Of a DNA stretch of 64,000 bases, positions 12,288 to 27,125 are shown piece by piece; position 1 is the stretch's first letter, and every line of letters starts with the position of its first letter. The stretch is from Eledone cirrhosa (taxonomy: Eukaryota). Below the pieces are notes generated by a model that searched no databases, was not told the DNA's origin, and saw only the letters and a program-made list of their open reading frames with translations. Made by a program: the position numbers and the translations under genes. Where the stretch lies: contig OZ024740.1 of NCBI GenBank assembly GCA_964016885.1, positions 269,080,001 to 269,144,000 on the forward strand. The letters are read 5' to 3'.

Positions 12288-12850
12288 TGGGAGGAAGAAC
12301 TCCGAGGAGGAGTGAGGAGGACGTTAGCAGGAAAAACATGAAATGACAGGAAAAATAGAAATAAAAATAAATGAAGTGAAAATAAATAGAAACAGAATTA
12401 AATGGAAATATATAGATATATATTTAGAGAGCGAGAGAAAGAGAGAGAGAGAGAGGGAGAGAGAGAGAGGGGGAGAGAGAGAGAGAGAGAGAGAAGGGGG
12501 GAGAGACGGCCAGAGAGAGACGACCAGAGAGAGAGATATGTGTGTAAAATCCGAACTGCAGCGCCAAGCGGTTTCTGCTTGTATGTTAATCAAGCCTTAT
12601 CAATGGCGTAATAATATCTGTAGAGTATGAAAAAATAGGTCACTGTTCATGGTTGTGCTTTGGTTATATAAGTATAAATTTATATATATTTATGTGTGTA
12701 TGTGCGTTTGCGTGTGTGTGTGTGAGTGTGTTTGTGTTTGCGCGCGTGTGTGTGTGTGTGTGTGTGAAACGTAAACGGAAGCAACAAAGCAAACAACACA
12801 GTAGGGTGATGAAATGTATTAGTTCAACGCTTGATATAGTAGGGCAAGCG

Positions 12851-12887
12851 TCTTTACGTTTCGGGCATTTATCTTTCATCGGGAGAT
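12851..12887 (-). ncRNA. Degenerate hammerhead (family shared with 23641 and 45832)
   Basis: CCGATGA...CCC-GAAA-CG-TA-AAGA, with downstream TCAAGCGT shared by the family. Confidence 0.5.
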
Positions 12888-13285
12888 AGAAGGACAAATA
12901 AAAAAAATAAATAGAAATGAGAACAGGACGAAGCAGAAATATTTATTTCGCGGGAGGAGGGGGCGGGTGAACGAGTGTATTGAGTCAGCTGACGCACATG
13001 CTGAGAAAGATCCAGGACATTTCCTGGAAAACATGTAATAAGTTTCTACTTTTGGCACAAGGCCAGCAAATATACCAGTGTATTACTGGTACTTTATTTT
13101 ATCGACGCTGTAAGGATGAAAGGCAAAGTTAACCTCGGCAGGATTTGAACTCAGACCATAAAGGGACGTAACTCTTTGCTGGAAAACATGGCGTCCGACC
13201 CTCTATCGATGCTGCTAATCCACCGCCCTTGTAATAATAGAATTGCTCTACGATGCCCTTCATCGCCTCTCTGACATCATAAAGT

Positions 13286-13357
13286 GACGTTACAATGAAG
13301 ACGTTACAATGAAGACGTTACAATGAAGACGTTACAATGAAGACGTTACAATGAAGA
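13286..13357. repeat. 14-bp tandem repeat GACGTTACAATGAA x5
   Basis: Seen directly. Confidence 0.95.
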
Positions 13358-14090
13358 TGGTTGTTCTCTGGAAATCGGGTTGGAGCCAAAGAAACTTCAC
13401 ATAAAAATGCTGGACTGGGTGAGCTAGAGGAGGAACCTCGTCATGACACCAGTAATGAATCTGTAAAAGAGGAGGAGGATATATATTTAACGAAAACTCC
13501 AAATATGTTCACAAGCGTAATTATTCGCTCTCGTTTCTATTCACCTCGTCTCTCTACCTTTTCATCTCTGTCGGTTTCTGACTCTGTCTTTCTCTCGTCT
13601 ACTACATTATATATGCTTTTATACATAGCGACTGTATTGATGTTTTTTCTCTGTATGACAATATTATCACTTTTGATACATATTTCATTTGATACCACAA
13701 AATATAATATATTCTGATTGCTTTCTTTGTATAGTGGAAATGTCACTGAAGTCTTCCTATTAATTTTGGGTTTCTTTTTGCTAGTGTTCGTTAGTTTTGG
13801 AAATGTTTCGGAAGTTTTGCAGTTTATATCGGTTTTCGTTAGTTTTGAAAGTGTTTCTGAAGTTTTGTTCTTTATGAAAGTTTTCGTTCAGCCGATTTAT
13901 TTATGGATATTTTGTAGTTAGATATGTTGTACATGAAGTGTTTTATTTTCATTATATTTATCTCGTAATATTTCCATTATTTTATTGTGATTTTGAAAGT
14001 GGTGTTATTTTTACCGTTGCCTTTATACGATCGTATTATTCAATGAACATTCTTAATTATAATTAGTACATACGGTATCTTTATCAATAC

Positions 14091-14241
14091 CATCTTCAGA
14101 ATGTCTTTGTGATTGATGAGTTTCTCAATCTCGTTCTCAAAAAAGTCTTTGAAGCAACATAAATGAGTATGTAAAGCGAAAACGTATTCTTCCTCATACA
14201 GTCCATTGTTATGAAGATCTATACTTTTGCGCAAGGTTTTT
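14091..14241 (-). CDS. Candidate internal exon of an unidentified host gene
   Basis: Acceptor ttattttattcctag, donor ATG|gtattg, 151 bp open: KTLRKSIDLHNNGLYEEEYVFALHTHLCCFKDFFENEIEKLINHKDILKM. No homology recognised. Confidence 0.35.
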
Positions 14242-16160
14242 CTAGGAATAAAATAATTAAATTTGACAGATGGACAGCACATTTTATTTTCAAATAACTT
14301 TACAAGTCTAAATCACTTTACAAATATTTCCATAACAACTAATGTATTAATGAGACAAATAAATGAGAGTAGAATTACAGTCAGAAACAAAAGAAGGAAC
14401 ATTTAAAGAGTAAAGTTACAGAAATAAGTGTTAACTACAGATAAATACAGAGAGAAATGGGGAAGGGGAAAGAGATAAGAGCTTTTAAGAAATGTAGTTT
14501 TTAAAAAATCCCTAAAGAAAATAAAAATTGTGATGAGAGTATTTCGTTTTTATGAATGCTTTTCTCTTTTGATCTACAATCCTATCATTCCTTATTATGT
14601 GCTTAGTTAACAATTCTATTCATGTGAAGATTGAAATCACAAGTAAAATATGTTTTCAAAGTATTTTAAATTAAATATCTATCTTCCCTGTCTTCTTTCA
14701 ATCACAATAGCATTACAAATCTGAATAGGTTTAATGACAAATCTGAAATAATAAAAAAAAAAAAAAGAAATATTTTTCGTATTTACAAAAATATGTCTTT
14801 GCGTGTCAGTTTTGACACGCTTACATAAAGTTGCTTGCCGTCAGGCTTAGCATATAACATAACATTTTAGATCGGAAAAATAGACGTTCACATTTTACAC
14901 TTTCCTTCATATAAATTAAATGTTATTAATGTTCTGTGCTATAACAGTTCCATACTTCTAACAATATTCCATTATATTCTATGCAAATAGTTGCGACTCC
15001 GGGTGGCTATAACTAGGTTTTTTAACGGAAGTGCATCATTCTACAGATAATTACGGAAGCACTGTATGATTAACAATATTCCATTTACTTGCAAAACTAA
15101 GTTAAATATTTGTGCCTGAAATAGGCAATAAAAAGCTGCTGTAACATATATTCTGATGCAATCTTAGTATACGGTATAATTAAGAATATAACTGATATAT
15201 TTTAATTACAAGTTGATCTTGTTAACGTTTAGCACAAATTCATTTCTGAATGAGGAGATTTATGATAAAAATTGTTCCAATGTCATCCTCTTATCTACGG
15301 ATATTACATGCTTAAGATTAAATTATCTAGTGTTCTAGTGTGGCTTTCCATTTTCTTGAGAAAATGCAATGGAGAATGTACTTCGAGATAGAAAAAATTC
15401 CTCTATCTCCAGAGGTATATTTCCAATCTACACGTATGCTACAGGTTACAAACAATAATATTCTTATCTAGATAACTCAAAGAAGTGTTTCATGCTTATC
15501 TTTGATGGATGAATACATTTAGAAAAAGTTCAATGTATCACACTTGGCTTTTGTCCAATATTTAGAAAAGAATGGTTTCTGAATAAGAAGGTTTGATCTG
15601 ATTTAGACAAAACATATTTTGATTACACTTAATTATATAATCCTGGCTTTGTTCTCATCGATTTTTTCTGATACTTTGTGACATTTTGATTAATTTTAGT
15701 AAACAATGTTCCGCAAAAATATCTATTTTCCTATTATAGATTTCTTTTGACTTGGCAAAATTCCAAATGCCCTTGACAGATTAAACCGTAATATCCTACT
15801 TGAATTTACACAGAAGGTAAGTGAAAAATCTGATTATCCCAGAATGTGATATCAGAACATAGAAAAATAAAATAGAATATCGCAAAGCTTATTTGGAAAT
15901 GAGAGTAATTACAAGGCGTATTGAATCTAGTGGTGTTTCAATAATGGAATCCACCGCCGTCTTTCGTGGTTCACAATTTGAGATCTCAGCGTTGTCAGTA
16001 GCTACTCGCAAATATAACAGGTCTAGCATAATTCCATTAGAATCATTCTAACCTCGGCGGGACTTGAACTCAGATCGTAAAGGGCTGTAACTCTATGCAA
16101 TGATGTCCAACGCTCTAGCGATACTGCCAATCAACCCTTATGATGATAATAATAATAATA

Positions 16161-17362
16161 ATTGTTTCATTTATTAGCCACAAGGGCCGACATATAGAGG
16201 ACAATACAATAGACAGTGACAGTGGGGCTTTACATATAAAACGTGTAAAAAATATAAATAATAATATCAAAATAACAGTAAAAATACAACAATAAAAAAT
16301 CACCCAATAAGAGGGATAACTATCCAGGAGCTAGTACCCCACCAATCCTGAACCACCCGGGAAGAGCACCCCTCTCCTCCTCAAATTAAATTCATCAGCC
16401 TACAGGCTCATGCTCAGAGTAAACTCAAACAGGCCATTCATGCAACATTCACTCACCTTTTAGAAAATGTACTGGAAAGCAGCATTTCTCTCCCCACCCT
16501 CACCTTCCTTTCCAAGTGAAACTTGAAAAAGTCGATGGGGGAGTGGCCGAAAAGTGTCTGTCATCAGTCCTTTAAGCCTGGCTCACCACTTTTGCTACCA
16601 CCATCAGACAGAGGAAAATTGTCTCCACTTCCCCATCAAAAGAAGGCGGCTGGGCGATCCTCACTATGGACTCGGGATCGGTTCTACACGCGACAACAGG
16701 TATTTGACATAACTCCACAAGTCAGTAATTCGTGGACACTGGACGAGTGAGTGCAGACCATTTACGCCTCTCTGCGCGCATCTCAGGAAGGTCCGTCTGA
16801 AAAACACTTCTATGTCTGTAGAATTTATCTCGAAACAGCAATGTTCCCCGGTAGTACTGCCAAGCAAGGGATTTCTGGAAGGTATCCACAATCCCCGGCT
16901 CGAAATTCCCCCGGAACAGACTGGTAAGATTGACTTGGTCGACGCCCAGAGCCTCTCTGAGTACGTCATCGCACTTGCCCACCACTAGTCCTCTATAGAA
17001 TTCAAGAGTGGAAGTTCCACTGAACGGATTATCCGCCTGGTAGGGGGCAGTGAGTGCCTGTCAACATTCCAAATGCCAGGCACCCAATCTCGGCCTCTTC
17101 TTAATCCAGGACTGCAGCTCAGTCAAAGAGACGAGCTGCGGTAAGACATGTCTCACAAACGGCGGCGACCACATCTGTTCACCGTTTAAGCAGAATATCC
17201 GGAGATTCCGCAGACTTAGTGCATGTTTGTGCATCATTAGCCACGGCATGCCCAGCCCTCCACGTAGAGGGTGCTGGTAGCAGATGGATCACCTCACCAA
17301 CGGAACCAGACCTCTCCACAATAAGTTGAAGAGGAGCCGTTCCAATTCGGTGAGGTGTTAGG
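16161..17362 (-). mobile_element. Decayed 3' fragment of the Tx1-like LINE
   Basis: MPWLMMHKHAL and FQKSLAWQYYRG match ORF2. (TAA)n lies at the 3' end. Confidence 0.92.
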
Positions 17363-17439
17363 GGGAGTGCTACTTAATATAACTTCTGCACTGCTGTCAC
17401 ACGACAGCAGACTCAAAGTTGGGGGACGTAGCTCCGCTA

Positions 17440-17900
17440 TGTTTGTTTCTCTTATAAAATTTCAAATATTTGGGCCAAATGGATGATTTAAAACAATACA
17501 GTTGTAATGTAGAACTAGACATCTTAGTGCAAACAGTCAAAGTAATTTCCGAAGACATTGGGATGGAATTTGACATTTCAACGTGCGCAATGATAAAGGT
17601 GCGGCGAGGAAAGCTGGTAAGGTATAATGGAATCAAACTACCAAACGTTGAAAGAATCAAGTCACTGGAAACAGACGGTGGGCTACAAAACCATAAATTA
17701 AAAAGCAAAAAATGAAAGAAATTGTCAGAAAAGAATAATTTTGAAGATTGAGGACCATCCTCAAATCCAGTTTGAGTGATAGAAATACTGTGCAGGCAAT
17801 AAATGATAGAACTGTTTCATTAAATAGGTACAGGGCAGGTATAGTAGAATGGACAAAAGTAGAAATTGATCGGAAAACAAGGAAATTCTCACTATCTATA
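17440..17900 (+). mobile_element. R4/Dong-type RT fragment
   Basis: MDDLKQY...VKVISEDIGMEFDISTCA. Confidence 0.75.
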
Positions 17901-18039
17901 AACATAAATAAATAAAATAAACAAAATGACAATGAATTAAAACAACAAAACTTCTCTATAGGGGAGAGCATCATCCAGCGAGTAGTTTGTTAACTCAACA
18001 GATCTAAAACCGCCCTAATCACGAACAGCATCCTAGGAA

Positions 18040-18200
18040 TGTACCCCTCTTTACTCTGAATTGTCCAGCATACTAGCACATGGTCACAGTAGGCCCATTA
18101 AATGGGCCATCCTCGCAACATTCGCTTACTTTTTAACAAATGTTCTGGGAGGCAGTACTTCGCTTTACACCCACACCTTCCTTCCCATGTGAAATCTCCT
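18040..18200 (-). mobile_element. Short decayed 3' fragment of the Tx1-like LINE
   Basis: Similar to 31890-32010 and 16430-16525. Confidence 0.55.
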
Positions 18201-18559
18201 CAATTACTACCAGGAAGCTTTTAGCGATTTTCTTCGTTCCTTGCTTTTCTTTTTAACTTCCCAAATTCATCCTCAATTGTTTAAACTTCTTTTCAATCCT
18301 TTTCCACACTGGCTTCAATTATTTCCTACTTTGTTTGAATCTGCATGAGATGCCACAAGCGAAAGGTCATTCAAAGTAGTTAGTTACCAATATTTCACCA
18401 CTTTATCTACAAAGCCTACCTTTTCTTAGTTTCTCACGATTTATAATTCTAAGGTTCTGAGGCTTTGCATTATATGATTCAATGTCAGCAATAAGAATAA
18501 TTCTTTAAAATGTTTATTTCTTCATTGGCCTCATTAATTTGCAGTTGTTCTAAAATAGA

Positions 18560-19575
18560 ACTCTTTCTATCTGTTATGTTTCCATCAATTGTTTCCTACC
18601 TTTTGTTCAGCATTAGGATTATCTTTCTCATTTATATTGTCTGGCGCCTCCCAGACCTTTTTTGATTTTCTTGTATTCTTTAGGTTTCCTTTGCTGCTCT
18701 TTGATTTGCATCATGCTGTTCTATTTATTTTGTATGTCTTCAAACTATAGATCTTCGTATTTGACAGAATTTTCACAACTTATAAGACTTTTTTTCTTCC
18801 GACATAAGACTTTCGGCAGCACTCTTTCGGTATAGTACTTTACACTCTGTCATGTATTTCCTAGTTTTCCCATCAATATTTTCCAATTGATCTTTCCATT
18901 TAATAACTCCTTCCCCATAGCGCACGAGAGACACCACCCATGTATTCGTTGGCTTCATCTTATTCCTTCCGTTAAATTTAGACTACATTACAAGTATCAC
19001 TCGCTCGGGGTAGTCCATTTTGAACATCTTCATTTCTTTCTCTTTGATCTTATCCAACGCAAAGACTCCCAAATACTTGTATCCTTCTACTCTTACTTCT
19101 TTAATAGTCTAGCCACTTGCACGTTCAATATCTCTACTCTTTGTTAGTTTTCACGTTTCAGGGTTACAACAGCACAATTTATTATCTTAAACTCCATCCC
19201 AATATCCTGACTAATCAGGGTACAGTAGATTTTAAGCTGTCAAATCCTTCTTCTTTTTTCGCAAATAATTTTAAATCCTCCATGATTAACAGATTTTCTT
19301 GTGACGCTAAACTCCGCCAGATATAGACTGCGCATCAACATGAGATATTTTTCTCCACAAAGTTCGATCACCAGCAGCAGAGTTCAAAGAGCAAAGATCA
19401 AGTCCAGATTAACAGATGGTTGATCTTAATACAATTTACCACATATCCTATTTTCATTTTTCTCAGGATTTGGGCCAGGCAGTTGGTAAATATGTGTGGT
19501 GATAAACTGTCTCCTTGAAATATATTCCTAAAGGTTGCCCACAGGAAATTAACTCTGTTTTCCTGAGTTGTTACC
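18560..19575 (-). mobile_element. Decayed R4/Dong-type RT fragment
   Basis: IFQGDSLSP, KINHLL, and NTWVVSLVRYGEGVIKW...LENIDGKTRK. Confidence 0.75.
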
Positions 19576-19595
19576 ACAACAACCGCCGCCATCAC

Positions 19596-19634
<39 letters not shown>

Positions 19635-21548
19635 TATTATTATTGCTCTTGTTTACTTCACAGGAGCTTCTCTCCGGATGTTGTAAATTACATAGTTTTA
19701 CGTGTTTCCAAGACATATACTTTAAAATTTTATTTAAATTCGTTTAAATACAGCTTACATCTTTATGCTGTAAAGAGGATGACCTTCAATATTCGTTATC
19801 CTTGAACACATTTTTGCTATATGGACTCATTCTTTTTTACGAACTTATAAAAATAATCAAACGAATTTCGCATGCGCAATCATTCTCATACGCACGTAAA
19901 TATATACATGCGTATTATAGAAATAGTTGTGACATGTGGTTAATATACTTTTTATATTTTGCTTAGATTCACAGTTTCTGATGTCTGCCAGAAACATACC
20001 ATATCCATTGATATGAAAAACATATAAATAAATTGCTAGCGCATGAAGACGTACATAAGTGTAAATGAAGCAAATGTATTCACACTTGCACATGTTACTT
20101 ACATATTAGTTCATTTATAGACATGATCATTTTCTCATCTGACCATCTTGACAGATATCTCAGGAAATTGTATTAACTGCATATCTATACTTTGCCTGTT
20201 TAAAAACTGTGAGAGATTGCATGATTCTGCACAGACTGCTTATATGTTATATTAATACATCATAAAAATATATATACATTACACAAGCCCTTTGCATCTC
20301 ATAAAATTTAACATACATAGAAATGCTTATAACATAGACAGGTAAATTACATAAACATTTTACTCCTAACACCAACACAAAATACATACCAATTTATTGT
20401 TTACTCATACAGTTATAAGTATCAATGCATAGATATATACACTAAACGGGGAGTGACGGTGCGTGTACAGATACAGTCATAAATATCAATACAAATATAT
20501 ATATACACTACATGGGAAGAGAAGGTGTGTGTGGCTTCGTGGTTAGAGGGTTGGATTAGCAATCGTGAGGATGCGAGTTACATTCCTGGACTGGGCGATA
20601 CGTTATGTCCTTGAGCAAGGCACTTTATTTCATGATGCTCTTTCTGACAGAGGTTAAGAACGGTAGATAGTATCACCAATGGAAAGACTAATGGAAACAT
20701 TGTTTTCTTTGTCCGATTTGACCAGTTCTACCTCTAGGTACGCGAATGAGGTCTGGGAATTTGTCGATCGTTTTCTACTATTATAAATGGAATTAATAGT
20801 TCACGTTGACCCACATGTACACATACAAATCCAGATTATACAAACAAACGTACTCAAATGCGCATTTAAAAATAGATGTACTTATTTCAAAAGAAGAAGG
20901 TTAGAATTCTTATTTTGATCCAATGTTCTACATATTCGTCTTTTAAAACCGTGTATTGATAAAAATAAGACAGCGTTATAACTAGAAATTCAGTTGCTTC
21001 AAATTAGACTCAAATACCTACAGAAAACGACAAAGTAATTATATATATCTCCACATTTTTATCTTTTGAGATACAAATTGTAAAGTAAATTGATATCGCG
21101 AGCGATTGCTTAAATAATGCGTAAGAATTGATTTCTTTAGTTGGCATGCAGAGCACCATATCTAGTAAAATAAATATACAAACAAATATAGAAAAAAAAA
21201 ATAAATCGAAAATAAAATAAACAGATATTTAAGTAAAAATCCCGGAAATCGTACAACAACGCTAGAGGCAATGAAAGTTCGATACCAGATTGATCCTTGA
21301 TTATTTAGTTTTTCTATCTTTCTGTCTACAGATGCGATAAAGTAACGCAGAAAATAGCTTACAATAAACGCAGACGAACTTCATTGGAATGAAAGTAGAG
21401 CAAATGTAAATAAACAAATAAAATAGAGATGACTAAATAAATAAATAAATGAGTAAATAAGCAAATAAATGTATTGTGAATAACGTATTTGGTATTTTTT
21501 CCTAGTTTTGTCTGGAAAAGTAAAAGACAAATTCAGGTGGCAGAAAAT

Positions 21549-21588
21549 TATATACTATAATATATAATCTGATACACAACCACACCAT

Positions 21589-21640
<52 letters not shown>

Positions 21641-21673
21641 ATGGTGTGGATGTGTATCAGATTATATATTATA

Positions 21674-21680
<7 letters not shown>
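21549..21680. repeat. Palindrome centred on (TA)n
   Basis: ATAATCTGATACACAACCACACCATCACAC / GTGTGATGGTGTGGATGTGTATCAGATTAT. Confidence 0.85.
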
Positions 21681-21716
<36 letters not shown>

Positions 21717-21791
21717 GATATATAAGTGTGAGTATGTATATATTTCTTACGGCTCTTTACAAGATGATCGACGGTCATGCTTATATATATG

Positions 21792-21883
<92 letters not shown>

Positions 21884-23469
21884 TAAGGAATAAAAAATAT
21901 GGGCTAAGAAAGGAAAATGAACATATATATATATATATATACATATATATATACCCACACAGATACACACTTGTACATATGTTTAAACAATAGATATATT
22001 TTGATTGTTAGGTATCGTTGAGACAGCTTTTGATAGTAAGCCAATACATATAATGTTTTGTATGGGAGGGAGAAAGAAATAGGCCAGCGGGAAGAGAAAA
22101 ATAAATGATTATCCTAGAACAAAAGAATAGGAGGGATATTCAGTCACCATTAGATATGATGCTTTCTCTACTTAAAAGAGTGTTAAGCGCTGGTGGCATT
22201 CGTGCGGAAGAAAATAATTCACAGAAATGAATTAAAATAAGTCTGTTTGAATCGAAACCAGAATTTGATAAATACATTTATTTTAAATACGAACAGTATT
22301 AATAAGTGCTGTCTAGCCGTATAGTTACTGAATACACTGCAGTAAGTAAGATTTCTGGTGATAAGATAACTTCCCATGAAAATTATTCTGGGTTGTTAAT
22401 TCAATAACACTGGCGACATGTTGATTTAACAAATAAAAGGATTACAAGGAAAGCTTGCGGCCAAATTTAATATAGATGCACTATTGAAGAAAACATTAAT
22501 CATTTTATCATAATAATTGTTTCTACTTTAGGCACCAGCCCAGCAATCTGAAGGGGAGGGGAAAGTCGATTAAATCGACTCCAGTGGATTACTGATGCTT
22601 TATTTATCGACCCCGTAAGGATGAAAGGCAAAGCTAACCTCAGCAGGATTATCATAATAATATTCTAGGAAACCAAATTTCTACAACTAAAAAGAGTTAG
22701 TTATTTCCGAGAAATAAACCTATACAATCAAAATAATATTCACACAGTATATATACATTATTACGGTAGAGGACGCCATGCATTGAAGCATAGAGTTCTT
22801 TACGATCTGAGTTCAAATCCTACCGAGATTAACTTTGCCTTTCATCCATACGTGGTAAATAAAATAAAGCACCAGTAATGTACTGGGGTAATTGTTGGCC
22901 TTGTGTCAAAAGTAGAAACAATTATTACTTTTGCTTGAATGTACTATTTTCATGAAAAAGAGGCCGAAGTAAATTTGTCTATTAAGTATTCAATAATTGA
23001 GCCAGATATTATAACAATTAAACTGATGTTTTAGGCCCTGGTATTCTCAATCTATGTGATGTAATATATGCTCTATAAGTGATACAGTCAGAAATCATGT
23101 ATTTAACATTTTGTATTTAATCCTAGCTTAAAATTAAGTCAGTGATTATAATCAGCATTTTGTCCCTTAAGACATGTGCTAACAAAACAAAAGTATGCCA
23201 ACCTTTCAAAAAGATAATTAAACCAAACAGCAGAAACCTGGCAGTGACTTCTTCCTTGATACACAGAGCTGTCTGGCAATGTATAATTCAATTATTGATA
23301 AGGAATGCGTAATTAGTAGATTTAGTTGCGACGATAATCTTCAGGATTTGAAACACCAAACTTGTTATTCCATCACTTAGAATATTTAAAAAATTTCTTC
23401 TGGCAATATATAATGTTCATTGACCCTTTCCTCATCGACGCCCACCTCCCCTTATATCCCCATATATAC

Positions 23470-23540
<71 letters not shown>

Positions 23541-23640
23541 GATATATATTTATGTAAAAGCTAAACAGAAATAACAATACAATCGGTACAGTATATGGAA
23601 GGAATATATTAGGTTAACGCTTGAAATAGCAGGAAGAGGG

Positions 23641-23681
23641 TCTTCACATTTCGGATCGGACGCTAGTCCTTTATCAGAAGA
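23641..23681 (-). ncRNA. Degenerate hammerhead in a PLE tail
   Basis: TCTT-CTGATAA-A-GGAC..GTCC..GAAA-TG-TG-AAGA. Confidence 0.45.
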
Positions 23682-23773
23682 AAGAATGAAAAATAAGATA
23701 GATTGAGGGGAACGTGCGGGTTGGAATTGAAAAAAATGTCTTTAGATAAAAATAACGCGTCCATTCATGTTGA

Positions 23774-23816
<43 letters not shown>

Positions 23817-23976
23817 TGTTTCTACTTTAGGCACAAGGCCAGCAATTACTCAGTGCATTACTGGTACTTTATTTTATCGACCCCGTAAGGATGAAAGGCA
23901 AAGTCAACCTTGGCATAAAAATAATAAAATGTGGAGAGGAAGCACACGAGTTAGGATATATATATATATATATATA

Positions 23977-25093
23977 TGAAAACAGGGAGAAAGAGACGAT
24001 TATTAGGAAGAAAAAAAATTTGTTTTCCTTTTTTGTTTCTGGGTTAGAAAATAATTAAAACGAAATGTTTTACTTTGTGTGAAGTGTTAAGGTATTAGTT
24101 GATTTATTTATTATTTAACAATGGCATTTATTTATCTATTTATATATTTAATTATTGTCTATTACCGGTTTCAGCATTTTTATGCATTATCAAATGATAG
24201 TGAAATGTATTAGTGTGGTGTCACACATGTTAAACAGAACGTGCAGAAAGAATAATGTTATTTAGAAACAAGGTTTATGAAGTGAAAAGAAAAAAGAAAA
24301 AGGAAAAAAAACGTGCATAATGTGGAACGTAAAAAGTCAATGTGGAAGAAAAAATAATGTTATTTACAAGCAAAGTCATTGAAGTTAAACAGATCAAAAT
24401 GTGTTAATATAGCAAGAGTGCTTGGTTTATCCATGATTCCGTGACGGAGGCAAATGGTGGACTGAAGTTTGATATGATTTCCCTTTTTAGAGAGTTAATA
24501 TGCAGGGGGAAGCAATTCTTGCTGGGTGATATTTAATTTATTTAAGAAAAAGGATTAGGTAGGGTGTGAGGGAGATAACTCTTGTTAATGTTTGATTGTT
24601 TGTTGCAGTTTTAGATTGGTCCAATTTTTAGAGCATTAAGTAGGGGTTGAAATTTATTAATGAAATGTGTTTCCTTATTGGTACGTTGGATGAAAGTAGC
24701 GTTGTCTATGAATTTGTAAATGGGGAACATTTTAAAGTTTTGATGTTGGTTGAGAGCACAATTGGCGATATGTTCACTAAATGCAATCTTTCTGTATTCC
24801 TGTATTTTAATTTGTGATTTATGGACGGTCATACGTTGACGGAGGGTGTGTTTGTGTATGTGTGCGTGTGTGTGTCTATATGTTTAACTAAATAGACAAT
24901 AATTAAATATATAAATAGATAAATAAATGCCATTGTTAAATAATAAATAAATCAACTAATACCTTAACACTTCACAAAAAGTAAAACATTTCGTTTTAAT
25001 CATTTTCTAACCCAGAAAATAGAGAGAGAGAAACGAAAAAGGAAAAAAATATATTTTTCTTCCTAATAATCGTCTCTTTTTCCCTGTTTTCAT
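23977..25093 (-). mobile_element. 5'-truncated PLE with inverted pLTR, GIY-YIG end (24611-24850) and decayed HHR (24159-24196)
   Basis: LRQRMTVHKSQI...KETHFINKFQPLLN. Arms 23977-24163 and 24890-25093 are inverted. HHR remnant GAAA-CCGG-TA. Confidence 0.85.
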
Positions 25094-25332
25094 ATATATA
25101 TATATATATATATACATGATCCCGGGGTTAATCGGGGGTAACCACATTAAGTAAGGTACTCAATACGTTAGTAGAGTTTTCTCAGTGACTTCCTTTGAAT
25201 GAAACATTTCTAGTCCTATAGAAACTATTTCTATAACAAGTTTGTTTCGAGGTCATCCGCTGGCTTGATAGGGTGGTAAATAGAGCAATCACACAAGGCA
25301 TAGGCAAATATCGAGGTTCGAAATACAAAGAT

Positions 25333-25455
<123 letters not shown>

Positions 25456-26739
25456 GCGTGTGTGTGTCTGTCTGTGTGTGTCTGTGTGTGTGTATGTGTG
25501 TATGTGTGCGTGTGTGTGTCTATATGTTTACGTATATGTTCGTATAAAAACTAAAGCTAGTATATTTATAAAACAAATAATAACTTAATCAACTCATTTG
25601 ACTGTGTAAGTGGTTGAGTTTGTCTGTGTAACTTCCAAACGAGTATCCTCCACCTCCAACAATCTTACCCTTCACCCTTTGGTCCCGGCCGACAGGATGG
25701 ACAATATATTACCCCGAATAACCTCGAGGGAGACACGCTGGAACAGCCAATCAAGCTCACGGGTATCGCACCTGCTTGAAGCCAACTCCGCTCCGATTGC
25801 AGTGAGCTGGAGTGGTTCGGGAACCAAGAACACCGGTAGTGTCTACTGCTACAGGCTCTACTATAAACCTATAGTAGCACATCATATATGTTGGTTTATA
25901 ATTATCAATGGTTATCTCTTCCGAAGCTCAGACCTGCCAACCTCTAAAAACCCAAATGAGGAGTACCATGAAAAAAGTGCCCTAAAACGGAAAGAAATGA
26001 GGCAAACAGGTGAGATTTTACATACTGAAAGCTATACCCATTTTCACAAGAGAAGACATCTCTCACCCACCCCAAAGTGGGTGGGAGATCTCCCCGTCGG
26101 ATGTGGAGATTTGACAGGCGTGTAAGCTACCTAAAACGTAACGACAGTAGTAGACCAATAAACGTTATAAATAAGAATTTACGACAGAAAACGGAAACAC
26201 ATGATTCAAACTAAATAACATGATGATAGATAAGTTGTGCCAATTAAACTACAAAGCATCTACATTCAGCCGTCTCACGTTGCATGTTATAAACTTTATA
26301 GGTTATTTTAACTGAACTATTTCATTTCTAATTAATTTCCCAGACAAAAGTTAATTTACCAGACTTTGCTTTCGACCTTTACGTTTGTCATAAAATATGA
26401 TATAGTAGTTTCGAAAGACCTCACTCTATTTTCTAACAAATCTAGATTGATGTTTTGACAAAAGAACTTCAGATTTTGTGGATGAAGAAGGGGGGAAATT
26501 TGTAGTGATGTAGTAAGAAATTAGTGAACTGAGTCTCGTTTCTATTTCCAGTACGAAGCGCTTCGCATCACATATGTCACTAATATCACCGAAAAGTAAT
26601 GAAAATATCAATATCTACCAACTCACTCTTCAGAGGTAGAGACATAACAACTTTGTATGTATGTATGTATGTATGTATGTATGTATGTATGTATGTATGT
26701 ATGTATGTATGCATGCATGCATGCATGCATGCATGTATG

Positions 26740-26773
<34 letters not shown>

Positions 26774-26804
26774 TGTATGTATGTATGTATGTATGCATGA
26801 ACGT

Positions 26805-27125
26805 ATGTACGTATATATGTTCTTCTGGTTTTATAATTTCACAAATTTTTGCCAATAGAGAGTGAGTCGGTTTCTAACATAGATACAAGAGTCTCTCATT
26901 GGAATTTACACAACATCAACTAGGTAGATATGCATGCATGTGTGTGCAGGTATGGATGTTATTGTATGTGTGGCTGTGGATGTTTTTTGAGTTGTATGTG
27001 TGCATGTGCATATACTTTGTCCCATAGAAACTATTTCTATATCAAGTTTGTTTCGAGGTCTATGTGTATATGCAGTTATTAGATGCAGAATTTTGGGAAT
27101 GTGTTTACATACTTTTATGTATGTA
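26805..27125 (-). mobile_element. 3' end of the (CATA)n-associated R4-type LINE
   Basis: Aligns with 29905-30180 and 40065-40365. Abuts (TATG)n. Confidence 0.8.

Noticed and set aside
26426-26611. Possible exon
   Set aside because: Splice sites and open frame do not agree convincingly.
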